DNA of 64,000 bases from Myxococcota bacterium. Lineage in GTDB: Bacteria; Myxococcota_A; Bradymonadia; UBA7976; UBA1532. Both the position numbers and the translations under genes were made by a program. The stretch covers positions 23,491-87,490 of the forward strand of contig JAYZEG010000020.1 in assembly GCA_036337435.1 (NCBI GenBank), given 5' to 3'. Positions within the stretch are counted from its first letter, which is position 1. Every line of letters starts with the position of its first letter. Shown one piece after another: positions 46,301 to 53,333 of the stretch. The notes beneath the pieces were generated by a model. That model worked only from the letters and a program-made list of their open reading frames with translations. It was not told where the DNA came from and did no database searches.

Positions 46301-48341
46301 CCTGGATGGACGTCTGCTCTTCAATCAACCGGTCTCCTCGACCACTATGGGCTTATATGGTGTTCAAGAACCGACTCTCGGTCAGGGGCCGCTTGATGGC
46401 CATGTCATCCAGGTCGTTGTCGAATACGACCATCGAGACCCAACGGCAAATGCCACCCGGAATTTTGGTTTTCATGCGAGAGAAAGCTATACGGAGGCCG
46501 TGAGCGTTGGTGGTGGATATATTCAGTCGGGCCAGGTCGGTGCAGCACAGCCAAAGTATCAACTGTGGGGGGCCGATCTGCGCTTGAGACATGGTAGACG
46601 CACCCACTTCGACGCTGAGGTTGCTGAGAGCAGCGGTCAGAATAGTCCATCCCTATTTAGTGAAGATGGTGGCCTCACATTTCGTCCCTTTCACACGCGT
46701 GATTCAAGTGATTCAGCGGGGGCCAGCTTCATGCTGCGTGGCGGCTTTGAACTCGATGATCTTATCGGCAAGGGTCAGAAAGATAGCTGGTACAACGAAG
46801 GTTACTACCAGTATATGGCCCCCGGGTTTTCATCGGGTGGAACCATTCAACAGCAAGGACTTGAACGCTACGGTGCCCTATCGGTGGGTTATTTGGATGG
46901 CGGGCATATGATTCATGTCAGGCACGATGGTTGGCGTGTGGCTGAACGGGCGACCCAGGGGTACTTACACACCCAGGGCCAACCTTTTCGGCAGGAGACG
47001 AGTCGGGTTGGATATGGCTATCAGACAAGAGGATTAAAGTTGGATTCAGAATTTGTGTTCTCCCAGTACGACCCTGCGGTCGACGAAGAGATCATGCAAA
47101 TCGGGGCCTTCGCGTTCGGGGCGGAAGTCGACCTGTCGAAACGTTGGACTTTGTTGACACAGCAGCAGGTTACGGTCCTCGGTGATCGTCGGATTCATTC
47201 CGGGACGGGAGACTTGTTTACCACCTCAGTGGGCTTACGTTATCAGGCAGCAAAGGCGCTTTATTTCGAGGCCCTAGAGACCGTTCGATGGTCGGGGGAT
47301 AACGCAACTCAATTGGGCTTGCGCACGCAGCTCGATGATCGCCATACCTTCTACGTCCAAGAGCGGTTTCAACAGGAAAATAGCCAGAAGACGGCCACAA
47401 CGGTTGTCGGTGGCGAAGAACTGTTTGGCGAAGATAAGTCGGGCCGCGCATACGGTGAATATCAACTGGAAACGGGTACCCTCGGTGCCCAAAATAGAAC
47501 GGTTGTTGGTTTGGGTAAACGATGGTTCTTGACTAAGAGACTGACCATAGATGCCGCCTATGAGCGCAGTCAGACATCGAGCTTAGTCCCTGGGGCATCA
47601 TCTAGAGACACGGTCACGTCTGGCCTCGCTTGGGCACCTAACCGACAGCTGAAACTGAGTAGTCGCTACGAATTTAGACTGGAAGACCATGATGCCGAAC
47701 GCGGGTTGCGAAACGATATGTACCAGGTGGTTGCGCTCAACCGAATGGACTTAAAATTGAGTAAAGATTGGTCTTTTGCAACTCAAGTCAATTACAGCCA
47801 CAGCTTCGATCTCGACTTGGAAGGTACGCAAGCAGAATTGTTGGAATTGAGTGTTGGATTGGCTTATAGACCCGTGCGGATGAATTGGTTCGTTCTTCTG
47901 TTGAAGTATACGAAGCGATACGAACAGCGACCCCTCGACCTGGCTGTCGAATTGCCCACGCGCGAGGAAAATGATGTGATCAGCGTGATTCCCATTATTG
48001 AATTACCCGGCGGACTCCAGCTCGTCGAAAAGCTTGCCCTCCGGCGCATCGGTCTTAAAACCGGGCAAGTACCAACCAGCATTGGCTACGCGTTCCTATG
48101 GATAAATCGACTCAATTACCACCTCACCAATACTTGGGATGTGGGCGCCGAGTACCGGATTCTGAATACGACTTTAGCCCAGAACCAACAGAGTGGTTTC
48201 TTGGTTGAAATTAACTACATCATTAAGAAACGAATCCGACTGGGGATCGGGTATAATTTTACTCAGTTTTCCGACGACGAATTCTCTCGACTTGATGAAA
48301 CCTTCGGGGGACCTTTCTTTCGCGTGATTGCCAATTATTGA
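34374..48341 (+). CDS. Giant 4655-aa surface protein: signal peptide, head domain, 16+1 DUF11-type Ig repeats, SdrD-B-like domains, OmpA-like domain, large C-terminal OM beta-barrel region
   Basis: Uninterrupted 13,968-nt ORF; repeats K...PGD..Y.I...N.G......D.LP...NQA; VFEDLDGNG and GRVFCDTDQNG; OmpA-like HFDD..LTRRRAESI..GFG..P..NRRV; amphipathic strands ending FFRVIANY. Confidence 0.92.
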   Translation: MVTNASSVRLGFALWICLGTVFGPSSSLGRVGGEPHALYAQHRLFGGVVVTGNTLMTQSVVAPQVNSVLLPQSAGDVRDLPFDAELEAAYLFWSGSIDGGIDRTADLTAADGTRFNNIPADRCVTVATLGGFYYCRADVSDRLRGRPGPSQFNGTYVVGDVQASVGQLRPNGTCIDRFCQAKYAAWSLVLVYRSEAARTLRDVFIHDGFRSLDEDEQSPGVDRFSIRGFDFPEGGQAVLSFFGLEGDSFLGVPPQDTDPVIPCDTCFDYLSFGGRKLNDALNPANNLFNSSSPGGFTLGLDLDSFNVSNLLAIGQTQAEIEVGSGDGFVDPFDPEPTGGGESFFLGYVLLSVDRNSPNFSRDGTRLTVVPDEGAPNERVVFTLRVTNEGTRDAPNTVVTLPLPAGLTYLPGSLRVDGADPIPGAEVANPLAAGFNLGLLPFRGDSDRLITFRATVDPDARAGERIITQGQVSADTLELAVNTNEAVLTVLGALELDTATKSVLDGNGDGLFTPGEVATYTIRIQNPHARAVSGVIFSDSLPNYVDALQVVASSGDARHNFAEGEIEFSNMVVQPGNEGATISIIVRIHDEEQLVAEGVAVGEINGLAVDNQGTVRSGASVFSTRDPNPTAGAPDGVTRFELTSELNIAGAGTSKTGTDVNGGGLVPGDVIEYTVTIENSGTTLARTFVDDVLPDNLGACTLISDLPDIACDNNNRLRGFVNVDRGERVQVRFRARVNDDAPDGAEIVNRVVLTAGNQRVERSSEMLRVSSAAELSTFTKRALGPIDGFAVPGQRYDYQISVTNTGNQPAQNIVISDPLGVRFASVSPADGGRYDPVANVVSWTIGVLPPGDTATVSLGVQLSDAIANGTEILNQAQINFDGERILSDDPSTDVPDDATRVIVRSQPLLTVTKRASLVIAQPRDTIVYDIVITNDGTDAAVGVQVSDQFPANLFRSVVAVNGTNEGGLMRWTPEDVPALGRIGVGESVSLRGRARLNPVIDNGTEISTQAVVTAGFGDVLSDDPRTPAAGDPTIVTIRSQAEYRLEKTVTDLNGGDPQAGDRLRYTIRLENQGNSAGISTRVSDPIPRELTNITPLNDGLFADGQIIWPPLERVEVGSGVREFEFEATLSPDLVAGTVVSNQARVVGEGLEPVLSDDPSTPVPLDSTDVRIVAAADLSASIKLVEPGNPEPGALVQWTIQVVNSGTVDALNVEIIDALPTEFIDNFSSDTGGIEDGVLRANFARVAAGAAVSVAISGTVKPGTPDGTVILNQASISADGLAFVQTDDPSTIDVDDPTQLIVSATPAISVTKRVVDENGPPVEPGDLLRYTIEIENTGTGRADNLIVTDPVPNLASLVDADGGNLIDGVVEWSVPAIAPGEATERVLTVRLAPAIENGTRVVNQAVVSAPFLGNETRLSDDPNTEALTDPTIVQVVSGPDFSNAQMTVRDLNGGEARPGDVIEYRIEITNDGNAVARNVQIDDALPGTLILTSAENADIEDNRIRWQVPEIAPGQTVTFTARARIVLPLPDGTRIENQAAITSDGSAEPFLTDDPATADRDDPTSLVVQSSPQFALEKTVVTTDGGTFSVGRQIRYTINVRNDGDATGGLQTLVDQLPDGLVGPFTTEPNVAIADGLARWEFNGIDPGQVERFTITAFIAANAVNEQQIVNTARLNELTADASFVVVNEPSLAASTKAVIAESPFPGQQVRYVITVTNDGTEPARDVRVIDELSDSLIFVGAGPEADVNGNRLQWTLGDLAPGAERIINITAQIGEAVEDGQSIANQASISAAGIEAVVTDDPSTPELDDPTRFTVESRPVLALTKTVRDDNGGAFAPGDPVTYTLGIENQGAGTAFAIEISDPVPVGLVNAVAVDGNVIDGVGRWQVVRLEPGATIERVLRARISPDAVNGQRISNRFAARAGGLERQESPDSELTVETGFVALDKTVRPLGNGFQPGELVEYVLRVTNERESGASEVSVLDQMDLFAFTDIEALDGGLFDPTTGRIEWNPQTTAALRFVPSEQFAELRVRARIRDDIQPGTSVLNEAQARVRGDPARVDAGVEFTVVGGPQYVFSKRVEAARTRAGDTVEYSIVVSNGGTGSGVDVQVTDILPNGLSYVRGSTSIDGARVADSLDGQSPLGGGLLIGRGDPQTIGPGDTVTIRFRARIEDNVEPETRITNIAALADQSGSVADASADITVVGTPNLSNLVKIGRPLDDPEAAQVAIGGAVQWRLTVSNTGDGPAENVRIIDELRAEHSYLSGTLTVNEQVVSDEIDADSGEVVDDVVRIRWPRLEPGESLTLSFQTRAIAGPAILNQARISADGLDSEPSDDGGEDANTPTRIEVGDPPRREVNVSKRRADDTLERMPIGRQLSYLLSVENTGNVDLVGVQISDEIPAGLIFDSSANATSSANVNVEPAADGGASGGLVTVSDIALAVGATFEVRLNFRTNIDVTEPGEICNRGVFSVPGLEPTEDEACVEMYLDTGELNGVVFEDLDGNGTYEETEDLTHPGLTVRAYREGNDGDNPNASAITDDSGRYSFVALPAGRYRLEMVTSTGTVIGVVDQIDISGDEPSSDNLIIAPMGRIYDSVSGQLLDGATVRIYEDRDDDADPLDDESRVRRVLLDPEKLAHPSQQGQKTAHGGLYEFAVREPGRYIIEVVPGGVSHIGPSITVPPSRGYAETTDERGLIVDQPIPVSTAGVDQTYFLAFELKSQNDDYRHNHIPLDPLTSLIEISKRADRAEVFVGGIVTFEVTVTNRSPAELVYDARSGNGGVWIQDQLPTGMKYVAGSAVVSRLVDGRERPLFSTDPTGARLLVFGRTRVSNGDGKPIPFDLRSGESVRLTYQTTIDSSAKPLTTLANRAQVLSSGNVPVTDVAEARVHVASDPDFDQGLLLGRVFCDTDQNGVQDAGELGFAGAKLYMDHGYVVTSGTHGRFHFKDIDPGTHVVKIDMRSVLPGARLTTQESRVISFTRGLPARVFFGVTCPSDDVTESLTEVTDEGIALALSKWGVREEAVGFSESPFTLKLGSQELTIPSMKLESRLENEDGGGKQTLVVRPVVDGSRKWSKWRLLMREPGSRGRIVLKGDGPPLRIEWYVPKTLVGKPFEIQLQMEDPSGYSVGSAWQGLNGDDVDGRSDGFVQLAQLPGDEFTRGNQPTKALKKKLSQLVPRLTQTTGLLRIGVHFDDSKGPLTARSLTRRRAESIVSFLKQKGIPEVRLKAVGFGGQKPIRPNITERSRRKNRRVTVELKIQPSETAVPRVESETSDRRVASEQTATESSTKDAGQTAVAIDADGAPKADGPKTGGKDDRESSATSGSRTQMQVKSNRQVHKLRVGLSEYSLSPNPQVSSVLLAKARNTPIELQSSDGAYIRQILPRTGTENDSVESVVKTIEGRLTGAISVGGRPLVRPSVKLTAVPPKKDGQTSEVKRHKWLVDASGRAVSWNFSIRDRRGQVVHQLRGAGGPPRVIEWNPQSIPTKGQYGAVLTLIGSRQLVQSAPAWFAFGEPVKPVEIARTVSISGYRASIDSKEHFQVVARLKRGAPLLFDLQDQHGRWLALVPADQKRARAVQGEPRKTAAERRIAPVLKPATTQTDVGLPETNLMSSGTLGNVSTSAVGQTSNAANAADVNVREAGRVSARLSSLGVRSGNLALLALIEPQKQTSSAGEPAILEVKLPAPGTRLDSNELAISGRTKPGRRVTINGREFEVDEDGAFGGNVTLNGQTARVKVVSEGEDGSRSVIERSFQTPDASWFLLAMSEGLTGTAGTELDGVQSNTSTTLADRVYLHGRAVGWFRGYAKGDKILNGLFKTYSVEAHVDTAKQRAYADTFRQLIDPNQFYPVYGDNSREDKLINSNGPVYVLIEADQSRLNIGNFRTSLKGIELFRYDRTHYGAQVHTDIKTGNLRHEVTVFGTDEETDQQHGYVEFRGTGGSLYYLPHRDVVEGSEQVYLVQKDRLTGMERRRVALARDQDYRIRYLDGRLLFNQPVSSTTMGLYGVQEPTLGQGPLDGHVIQVVVEYDHRDPTANATRNFGFHARESYTEAVSVGGGYIQSGQVGAAQPKYQLWGADLRLRHGRRTHFDAEVAESSGQNSPSLFSEDGGLTFRPFHTRDSSDSAGASFMLRGGFELDDLIGKGQKDSWYNEGYYQYMAPGFSSGGTIQQQGLERYGALSVGYLDGGHMIHVRHDGWRVAERATQGYLHTQGQPFRQETSRVGYGYQTRGLKLDSEFVFSQYDPAVDEEIMQIGAFAFGAEVDLSKRWTLLTQQQVTVLGDRRIHSGTGDLFTTSVGLRYQAAKALYFEALETVRWSGDNATQLGLRTQLDDRHTFYVQERFQQENSQKTATTVVGGEELFGEDKSGRAYGEYQLETGTLGAQNRTVVGLGKRWFLTKRLTIDAAYERSQTSSLVPGASSRDTVTSGLAWAPNRQLKLSSRYEFRLEDHDAERGLRNDMYQVVALNRMDLKLSKDWSFATQVNYSHSFDLDLEGTQAELLELSVGLAYRPVRMNWFVLLLKYTKRYEQRPLDLAVELPTREENDVISVIPIIELPGGLQLVEKLALRRIGLKTGQVPTSIGYAFLWINRLNYHLTNTWDVGAEYRILNTTLAQNQQSGFLVEINYIIKKRIRLGIGYNFTQFSDDEFSRLDETFGGPFFRVIANY
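35440..41830 (+). repeat. Tandem array of 16 diverged DUF11-type domains of about 120-150 aa (approximate limits)
   Basis: Counted by eye; seven linkers carry (S/T)DDPxT.....(D)(P/A/S)T; diverged at the DNA level. Confidence 0.85.
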
Positions 48342-48475
48342 GCACGTGCCCATTTTAATTCGACACGCATAGTTTTGCTAGGCATCTGGGTGGATTGTAG
48401 GTATGTAATGAGGCAGGGGACTGTCGGGAAACTGTGACCCTGGAGAATCCAAACGTGGGAGAGCCGGAGCCCGTC

Positions 48476-49204
48476 ATGAATGAGGCCATCGTAAGTCGTA
48501 TTTTGACCGTCGAAGACAGCGACAATATCCGTCGGATGATCGCGTACAACTTAGAGCGCGCCGGCTACGATGTCCTTCAGGCAGCAAATGGAAAAGATGC
48601 AGTCCGCATTCTTCAGAAAAATGTCCCGGACCTGATCATTTTAGATGTGCGCATGCCGGAGATGAATGGATTTCAGCTCCTTGAGTTAATGCGGAAATAC
48701 CCGAAAGCTGCAGCCATTCCCGTAATCATGTTGTCTGCTTTGAGTCAGCCTGAAAATATTGATCGTGCCATCGCGCTAGGCGTGGTCGATTATATCGTCA
48801 AGCCACTGGATCCGACAGTGTTATTGGCCAAGGTCAAAGAGGCACTGTCTCACAGACCCGATGGCGAATCTCGTTGGGCTGGACCCGATAGACGACAATT
48901 CAAACGAGTCAAGCTCGATGGAACAGAGCTCCGTCCCCAACCTGGTGGCCGTGCTTTAGACCTGAGCGAAGGTGGCCTCTGTTGGCGCACAAAATCCCCC
49001 CCTGCAGAGGGTGATGTGATGATCATCGAGGCCCACCAACTCTTCGAGCTGGTTGGAATCGGTGAGCAGACTCTTCGTGCCCGGGTTGCTTATGTGCGGC
49101 CAGAAGGTCTCGGTTACTTTCGTGTTGGTGCGGCCTTCATTGGTTTACCATCCAACAGTCGCGATACCATACGACGCTTTGTCAAGAGCGCAGATGAAAC
49201 CTGA
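48476..49204 (+). CDS. Response regulator REC plus PilZ (c-di-GMP receptor)
   Basis: TVEDS, LDVRMPEMNG, VKP; PilZ motifs RRQFKR and DLSEGG; GGAG before ATG 48476. Confidence 0.88.
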   Translation: MNEAIVSRILTVEDSDNIRRMIAYNLERAGYDVLQAANGKDAVRILQKNVPDLIILDVRMPEMNGFQLLELMRKYPKAAAIPVIMLSALSQPENIDRAIALGVVDYIVKPLDPTVLLAKVKEALSHRPDGESRWAGPDRRQFKRVKLDGTELRPQPGGRALDLSEGGLCWRTKSPPAEGDVMIIEAHQLFELVGIGEQTLRARVAYVRPEGLGYFRVGAAFIGLPSNSRDTIRRFVKSADET

Positions 49205-49250
49205 TTCGATGGTTAAAACACCCCAAATGAGCATTTGAACGCGTCGCAGA

Positions 49251-50387
49251 CTATTGGAGTTTCTTCATCGGTTGGCTAAATTTGAAGCGTGTTGAACGGC
49301 CTCGCCAAGCCCAAATTGTGAGCCACGTTCCGAGGATAATTAATTCGATTGGTATGTTCAGATCGATCAAACGCTCACGTCTCTTAGCTTTCGGTTTTTT
49401 TTCGGGCAGCACCTTCATCTTTGTGAAACGTAGGACTTGATAGCTGTCGCGCTTTGTCAAAACGTACCCGGTTAGATGTCCGTCGGATTCATAGTCCCAG
49501 GGAAACCCTCGAGAGCGCTTCTTGAGACGTTCGAGTTGCACGGCCGTGATGGGCTTCGATAGGGCTAACTCCATTGGCCCTTCGACTTCGGGGCCGACAG
49601 GCCATTCCGATAAAATGACCAATTCCAGCGGGACTTGACTTTTATCCGTGCCACCGGTGAGCGATGGTGGAGGCTGATGGACGTTGTAAGCTGCGTGATC
49701 CGCTGGATGCGTGTAGGCAATAATTGGCGTATAGAAAGACTCGGTTGAATCACCCGCTGCTGGCGGAGTCACATCAACGCCGAGAAACGTCCACCCGCGT
49801 TTTCTTAGGCCTCTCATCCACGCAATTTGGCCTGGTGTCAATGAAACTCCGCGGTGCATCAACCAGCGCCGGCTAGCAGATTCATCTTTTAAGAACTCAT
49901 GTGTTGTACTCTTCAGACTGCGAGTGTCTCCGTCGTCTTTGTCCGTTGGCTCTAACCCGACCTGTGGAACAACGCACCCACCCACCCATGAGGTGACATT
50001 CAAGTTGATGTTTCGCGTCGTATTGGAGACTGGATGAAGTTGCCTGAGCATATTTTTAAACGAACGGATATGGCCAAAATTAGCCTTCGCTTTTCCCTGA
50101 ACGGGTACAAACAGGCTAAACGGCTTGGTGGCCGCTCGAACTTCAAGCCGAATCAGTGTGGTTTGAGTTGCTCGGAGTGCATCGTAGACGATAATACTTT
50201 GTTCGCGAACAACACTGACTTGCTGATCGTGTTCACTCAAGATTAAGGCAGCATGAGCAGGCAGATTCAAAGCCACGGTACAAGCCATCGTGAGCAGCAG
50301 CTGGCCGAGGACGGAGGGCAGAGCTAAGTGAATAGCCGAATGGTTCGGACGTCGTTTCAAATCGTGGTTCCGCTGGGTCTGCATCAC
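49251..50387 (-). CDS. Exported membrane-anchored protein, possibly DUF2330-like (start uncertain)
   Basis: Signal-like AHA|A, EQSIIVYD...FSLFVPV, C-terminal TM. Confidence 0.55.
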   Translation of the reverse strand: MMQTQRNHDLKRRPNHSAIHLALPSVLGQLLLTMACTVALNLPAHAALILSEHDQQVSVVREQSIIVYDALRATQTTLIRLEVRAATKPFSLFVPVQGKAKANFGHIRSFKNMLRQLHPVSNTTRNINLNVTSWVGGCVVPQVGLEPTDKDDGDTRSLKSTTHEFLKDESASRRWLMHRGVSLTPGQIAWMRGLRKRGWTFLGVDVTPPAAGDSTESFYTPIIAYTHPADHAAYNVHQPPPSLTGGTDKSQVPLELVILSEWPVGPEVEGPMELALSKPITAVQLERLKKRSRGFPWDYESDGHLTGYVLTKRDSYQVLRFTKMKVLPEKKPKAKRRERLIDLNIPIELIILGTWLTIWAWRGRSTRFKFSQPMKKLQ

Positions 50388-50579
50388 AATCTTTTCAGGA
50401 CCATTGAGCCGCTTTGCTTACGCGCAGCCGTCTTCTTGAGGTAGAATGCGTGGCTGCTGGTGTCAACTACTATGCGATTGGGCGACACGAACAACAATTC
50501 GAAGCGGACTGGCTTGACTCGAACGGCCCGTGTACAATGTTGGTCGCTCCATTGAGTTTCAAATTAAGGAGAGAGCGAA

Positions 50580-51479
50580 ATGGGCCGTGCCATATTTGCC
50601 AGTTTATTTGTGCTGTCTATCTTTTCAATCGCCAATGCCGATACATCAGCTGGTGCTGACAGCCAACCGAAATCAGGCGTATCGACAATCCTTGGCGAGC
50701 TCGATTGGGGGGCTACGAAACAACAGGTCCTCGAAGATGCCGCGAAGCGTTTAGACGAAGAATGGCGTGGACAAGTCAAGCGTCTCGACTCATTTCATCT
50801 CGACAAACTGCGAAAAAGCAAGCGCGATGAACTGCAAAGGATTCGTGACTCCTATCGGTCTTTCTCCGCTGGCACAACCGGTTTGGAATCGTCCATCGTT
50901 GGTGGTGAAATCGTTGCCGGCGAAAACGAAGCATTGCTCGAGCAAACCGTTAACAATCAAGCGAGATACTATTTTTTTCGCGATGGAAAACTCTGGAAAA
51001 TCGCAGTTGTATTCGACGCATCCAGTGCGAAAGGCTTCACTGATTTTACAGGAATCTTGGATGGTTCATTCGGCAGAAAAGGAAAGCCCGCTAAGAATAT
51101 ACGAGGTGGTAAAGCCCACCGATGGACGGACCAAATGACCCTGGCGACAGGCATCGACTTGGTCGAGTTTTATCACGCTTATTTGGTACTTTTTATCCAG
51201 CGTGGAGAGGGTGAAATTCTCCAGGCGGCGAGGTTATCCCGGCAGGCCACAAAACCACCAACGGTGCAATCAGCCCTGGTCGACGATTTGTTAAGTGGAC
51301 CGGATGAAGCGGACGAGGAAGAAGAGAACATCGTCGACGCGCTCACTGGCTCCAAGCATGAGGTTAATCTCAATCGTGCGCGGCTTTTCGAGCAACCAGC
51401 AATGCCTCAATTCGAATCGACCGGTGCAGATTCGAATAAGCACCGCAGAGGAAAGAAAAAAAACAAGAAGAAAAAATAG
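50580..51479 (+). CDS. Secreted hypothetical protein
   Basis: AAGGAG SD, signal peptide (ANA|D), LDWGAT, RYYFFRDGKLWK, basic C-tail. Confidence 0.8.
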   Translation: MGRAIFASLFVLSIFSIANADTSAGADSQPKSGVSTILGELDWGATKQQVLEDAAKRLDEEWRGQVKRLDSFHLDKLRKSKRDELQRIRDSYRSFSAGTTGLESSIVGGEIVAGENEALLEQTVNNQARYYFFRDGKLWKIAVVFDASSAKGFTDFTGILDGSFGRKGKPAKNIRGGKAHRWTDQMTLATGIDLVEFYHAYLVLFIQRGEGEILQAARLSRQATKPPTVQSALVDDLLSGPDEADEEEENIVDALTGSKHEVNLNRARLFEQPAMPQFESTGADSNKHRRGKKKNKKKK

Positions 51480-51573
51480 CGCATTGATGGTCGTGACGGT
51501 ATCGCGCATCGTTTAAATCGTGTACTCAGGGAGCATATCTACGGTTGCAGCCAAAGGCGAGTGGAGGTCATTT

Positions 51574-52914
51574 ATGTTACGGGTAAGACAGATAACTTCG
51601 GTATTTCTGATGATTGGCCTGTTTTTTTCAGCTGCGTGTGGCGATGAAGAAGGGGCTGAACAGCCCGTTGTAGAGCAAATCCCAGAGCTCCCGGAACTCA
51701 CTTACACCGAGGGGCACCTGACCGCTGCGCAGCGTGGACTGCCACTCGATGAGTTCGACCTACAGGTTCTACCTGGCATGCGGACACACACGCCTGCAGA
51801 CATCAGCGAACTCTTTGGCGTTCTCGTCATCAATGCACCTTTTGTGAAGTGGCCTGCGGCGTGTGCTCCGCAGAATGATGGTACGGCAGTTCAGCCGGCT
51901 GCGAAGGTGCGGGAACAGCTTGAGGCGATCCGCGCGGCAGGTGTGACAACGCCGACAGTGGCAGTCAACGTCGACATCATGACGCCAGGGCGCACCAACT
52001 TATACCATGTTTGCTTCACCGAAGGAGCCGGTCAGCCTCGCTTCGATGTCAGTGAATACCAGCGGCAACTGAAAACCGCGTTCTCCGATCTGGCCGAGTT
52101 GGAGGCCGTACAATACATTACCATCGGCATTGACATGAATGTCTACTACCACGCAACCGTCGATGGCAGTCGTCAAATCGATGACTATACCAACTTCATT
52201 CTGACTTATCGCGAGCTGTTCGACGAAATCAAATCACAACGCCCGGACCTGAAGGTTGGACCAGGGCTCAACTACACTTACTTTCGGCGTTTATCGATGC
52301 CAGAGGTTGCGTCTGAGTACGGGATCGAGCCGCCAACGGCCGATGCCAGCATCAGTGCGAAGCGTGCCTACGATAATTCGGCGGCATACTATGCAGACAA
52401 ACGCATTGTCGAGCCACTGTTGGCCAACGGTCGTGGCGCATCCCGGCAGCTCACAGCAGACTTTATCGGGCTCAGTTTTTTCCCGTTTCCCAATACAGAC
52501 CCATTCAACGGAGAGCCAGAGCCGTCGGATGACGATGCGAGGCAAGGTATCGTAGATTGGTACAGACCCCTTCACAGTCTCGTCACGACCAGCGATTCCA
52601 TGGCCGAGGTTCAATTGCCTATTGTCGTTGTGCAAGCCGACTGGCCGGAGGGTGAGATTAAGCGACCAAAGAAAGCGGCTTTTCTCAATGTATTGAAGAC
52701 CGCATTAAGCCCATTCGCAGTGGAGTGGTTTGCTTGGCGCCGTTTTTCGGATTTGCCTGATCCCGAGGTTGGGAGTCCCTGTGCGCAGTTTACTCGTGCG
52801 AGCGACCCCTCACTGAGCTTCCCCGCTGAATACTGTGGAAGTGGAATCGTGGATCAATATGGGACGGTTGAAGACGAAAACAGCGTGTTTCGCACCCTTA
52901 CCATTGACCCTTGA
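51574..52914 (+). CDS. Lipoprotein with probable clan GH-A-like (GH53-like) TIM barrel, catalytic residues altered
   Basis: GGAGG SD; lipobox SAA|C; ITIGIDMN, DFIGLSFFP, PIVVVQADWP. Confidence 0.6.
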   Translation: MLRVRQITSVFLMIGLFFSAACGDEEGAEQPVVEQIPELPELTYTEGHLTAAQRGLPLDEFDLQVLPGMRTHTPADISELFGVLVINAPFVKWPAACAPQNDGTAVQPAAKVREQLEAIRAAGVTTPTVAVNVDIMTPGRTNLYHVCFTEGAGQPRFDVSEYQRQLKTAFSDLAELEAVQYITIGIDMNVYYHATVDGSRQIDDYTNFILTYRELFDEIKSQRPDLKVGPGLNYTYFRRLSMPEVASEYGIEPPTADASISAKRAYDNSAAYYADKRIVEPLLANGRGASRQLTADFIGLSFFPFPNTDPFNGEPEPSDDDARQGIVDWYRPLHSLVTTSDSMAEVQLPIVVVQADWPEGEIKRPKKAAFLNVLKTALSPFAVEWFAWRRFSDLPDPEVGSPCAQFTRASDPSLSFPAEYCGSGIVDQYGTVEDENSVFRTLTIDP

Positions 52915-52944
52915 GCCAATTTTCGGAACGAAAGCAGCTTAAGA

Positions 52945-53313
52945 ATGCCGAAAATAAAGTTTGCTCCTACATTTTTAAATGAAGAGCCAATCACCATCAC
53001 GATGCCCTCTGGGGCGTCTCTATTAGACGCAGCCGTCGAGGCTGGCGTACCCATGGGAGATGCCTGTGGTGGCAACTGTGGATGCAGCACATGCCATGTT
53101 TTCGTCGTGTCCGGTTTCGACAGTCTGAGCGAGATGGACGACGATGAAGATGATATTCTCGGTAAGGCTGATGATGTCCGCATGGAGAGTCGCTTGGGCT
53201 GTCAGGCGGTGGTTGGAGACAGTGATTTAATTGTCGAAATCTCTCGTGAAAGTCAGCAGTCGTTTATCAATGAACACCCTGAATATCGGGACCGCGCCGA
53301 CGAGATCAAATAG
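52945..53313 (+). CDS. fdx: [2Fe-2S] ferredoxin, adrenodoxin/ISC type
   Basis: ACGGNCGCSTCHV...SRLGCQ. Confidence 0.92.
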   Translation: MPKIKFAPTFLNEEPITITMPSGASLLDAAVEAGVPMGDACGGNCGCSTCHVFVVSGFDSLSEMDDDEDDILGKADDVRMESRLGCQAVVGDSDLIVEISRESQQSFINEHPEYRDRADEIK

Positions 53314-53333
53314 CCGGTTGGGTTGTGAGCAGC

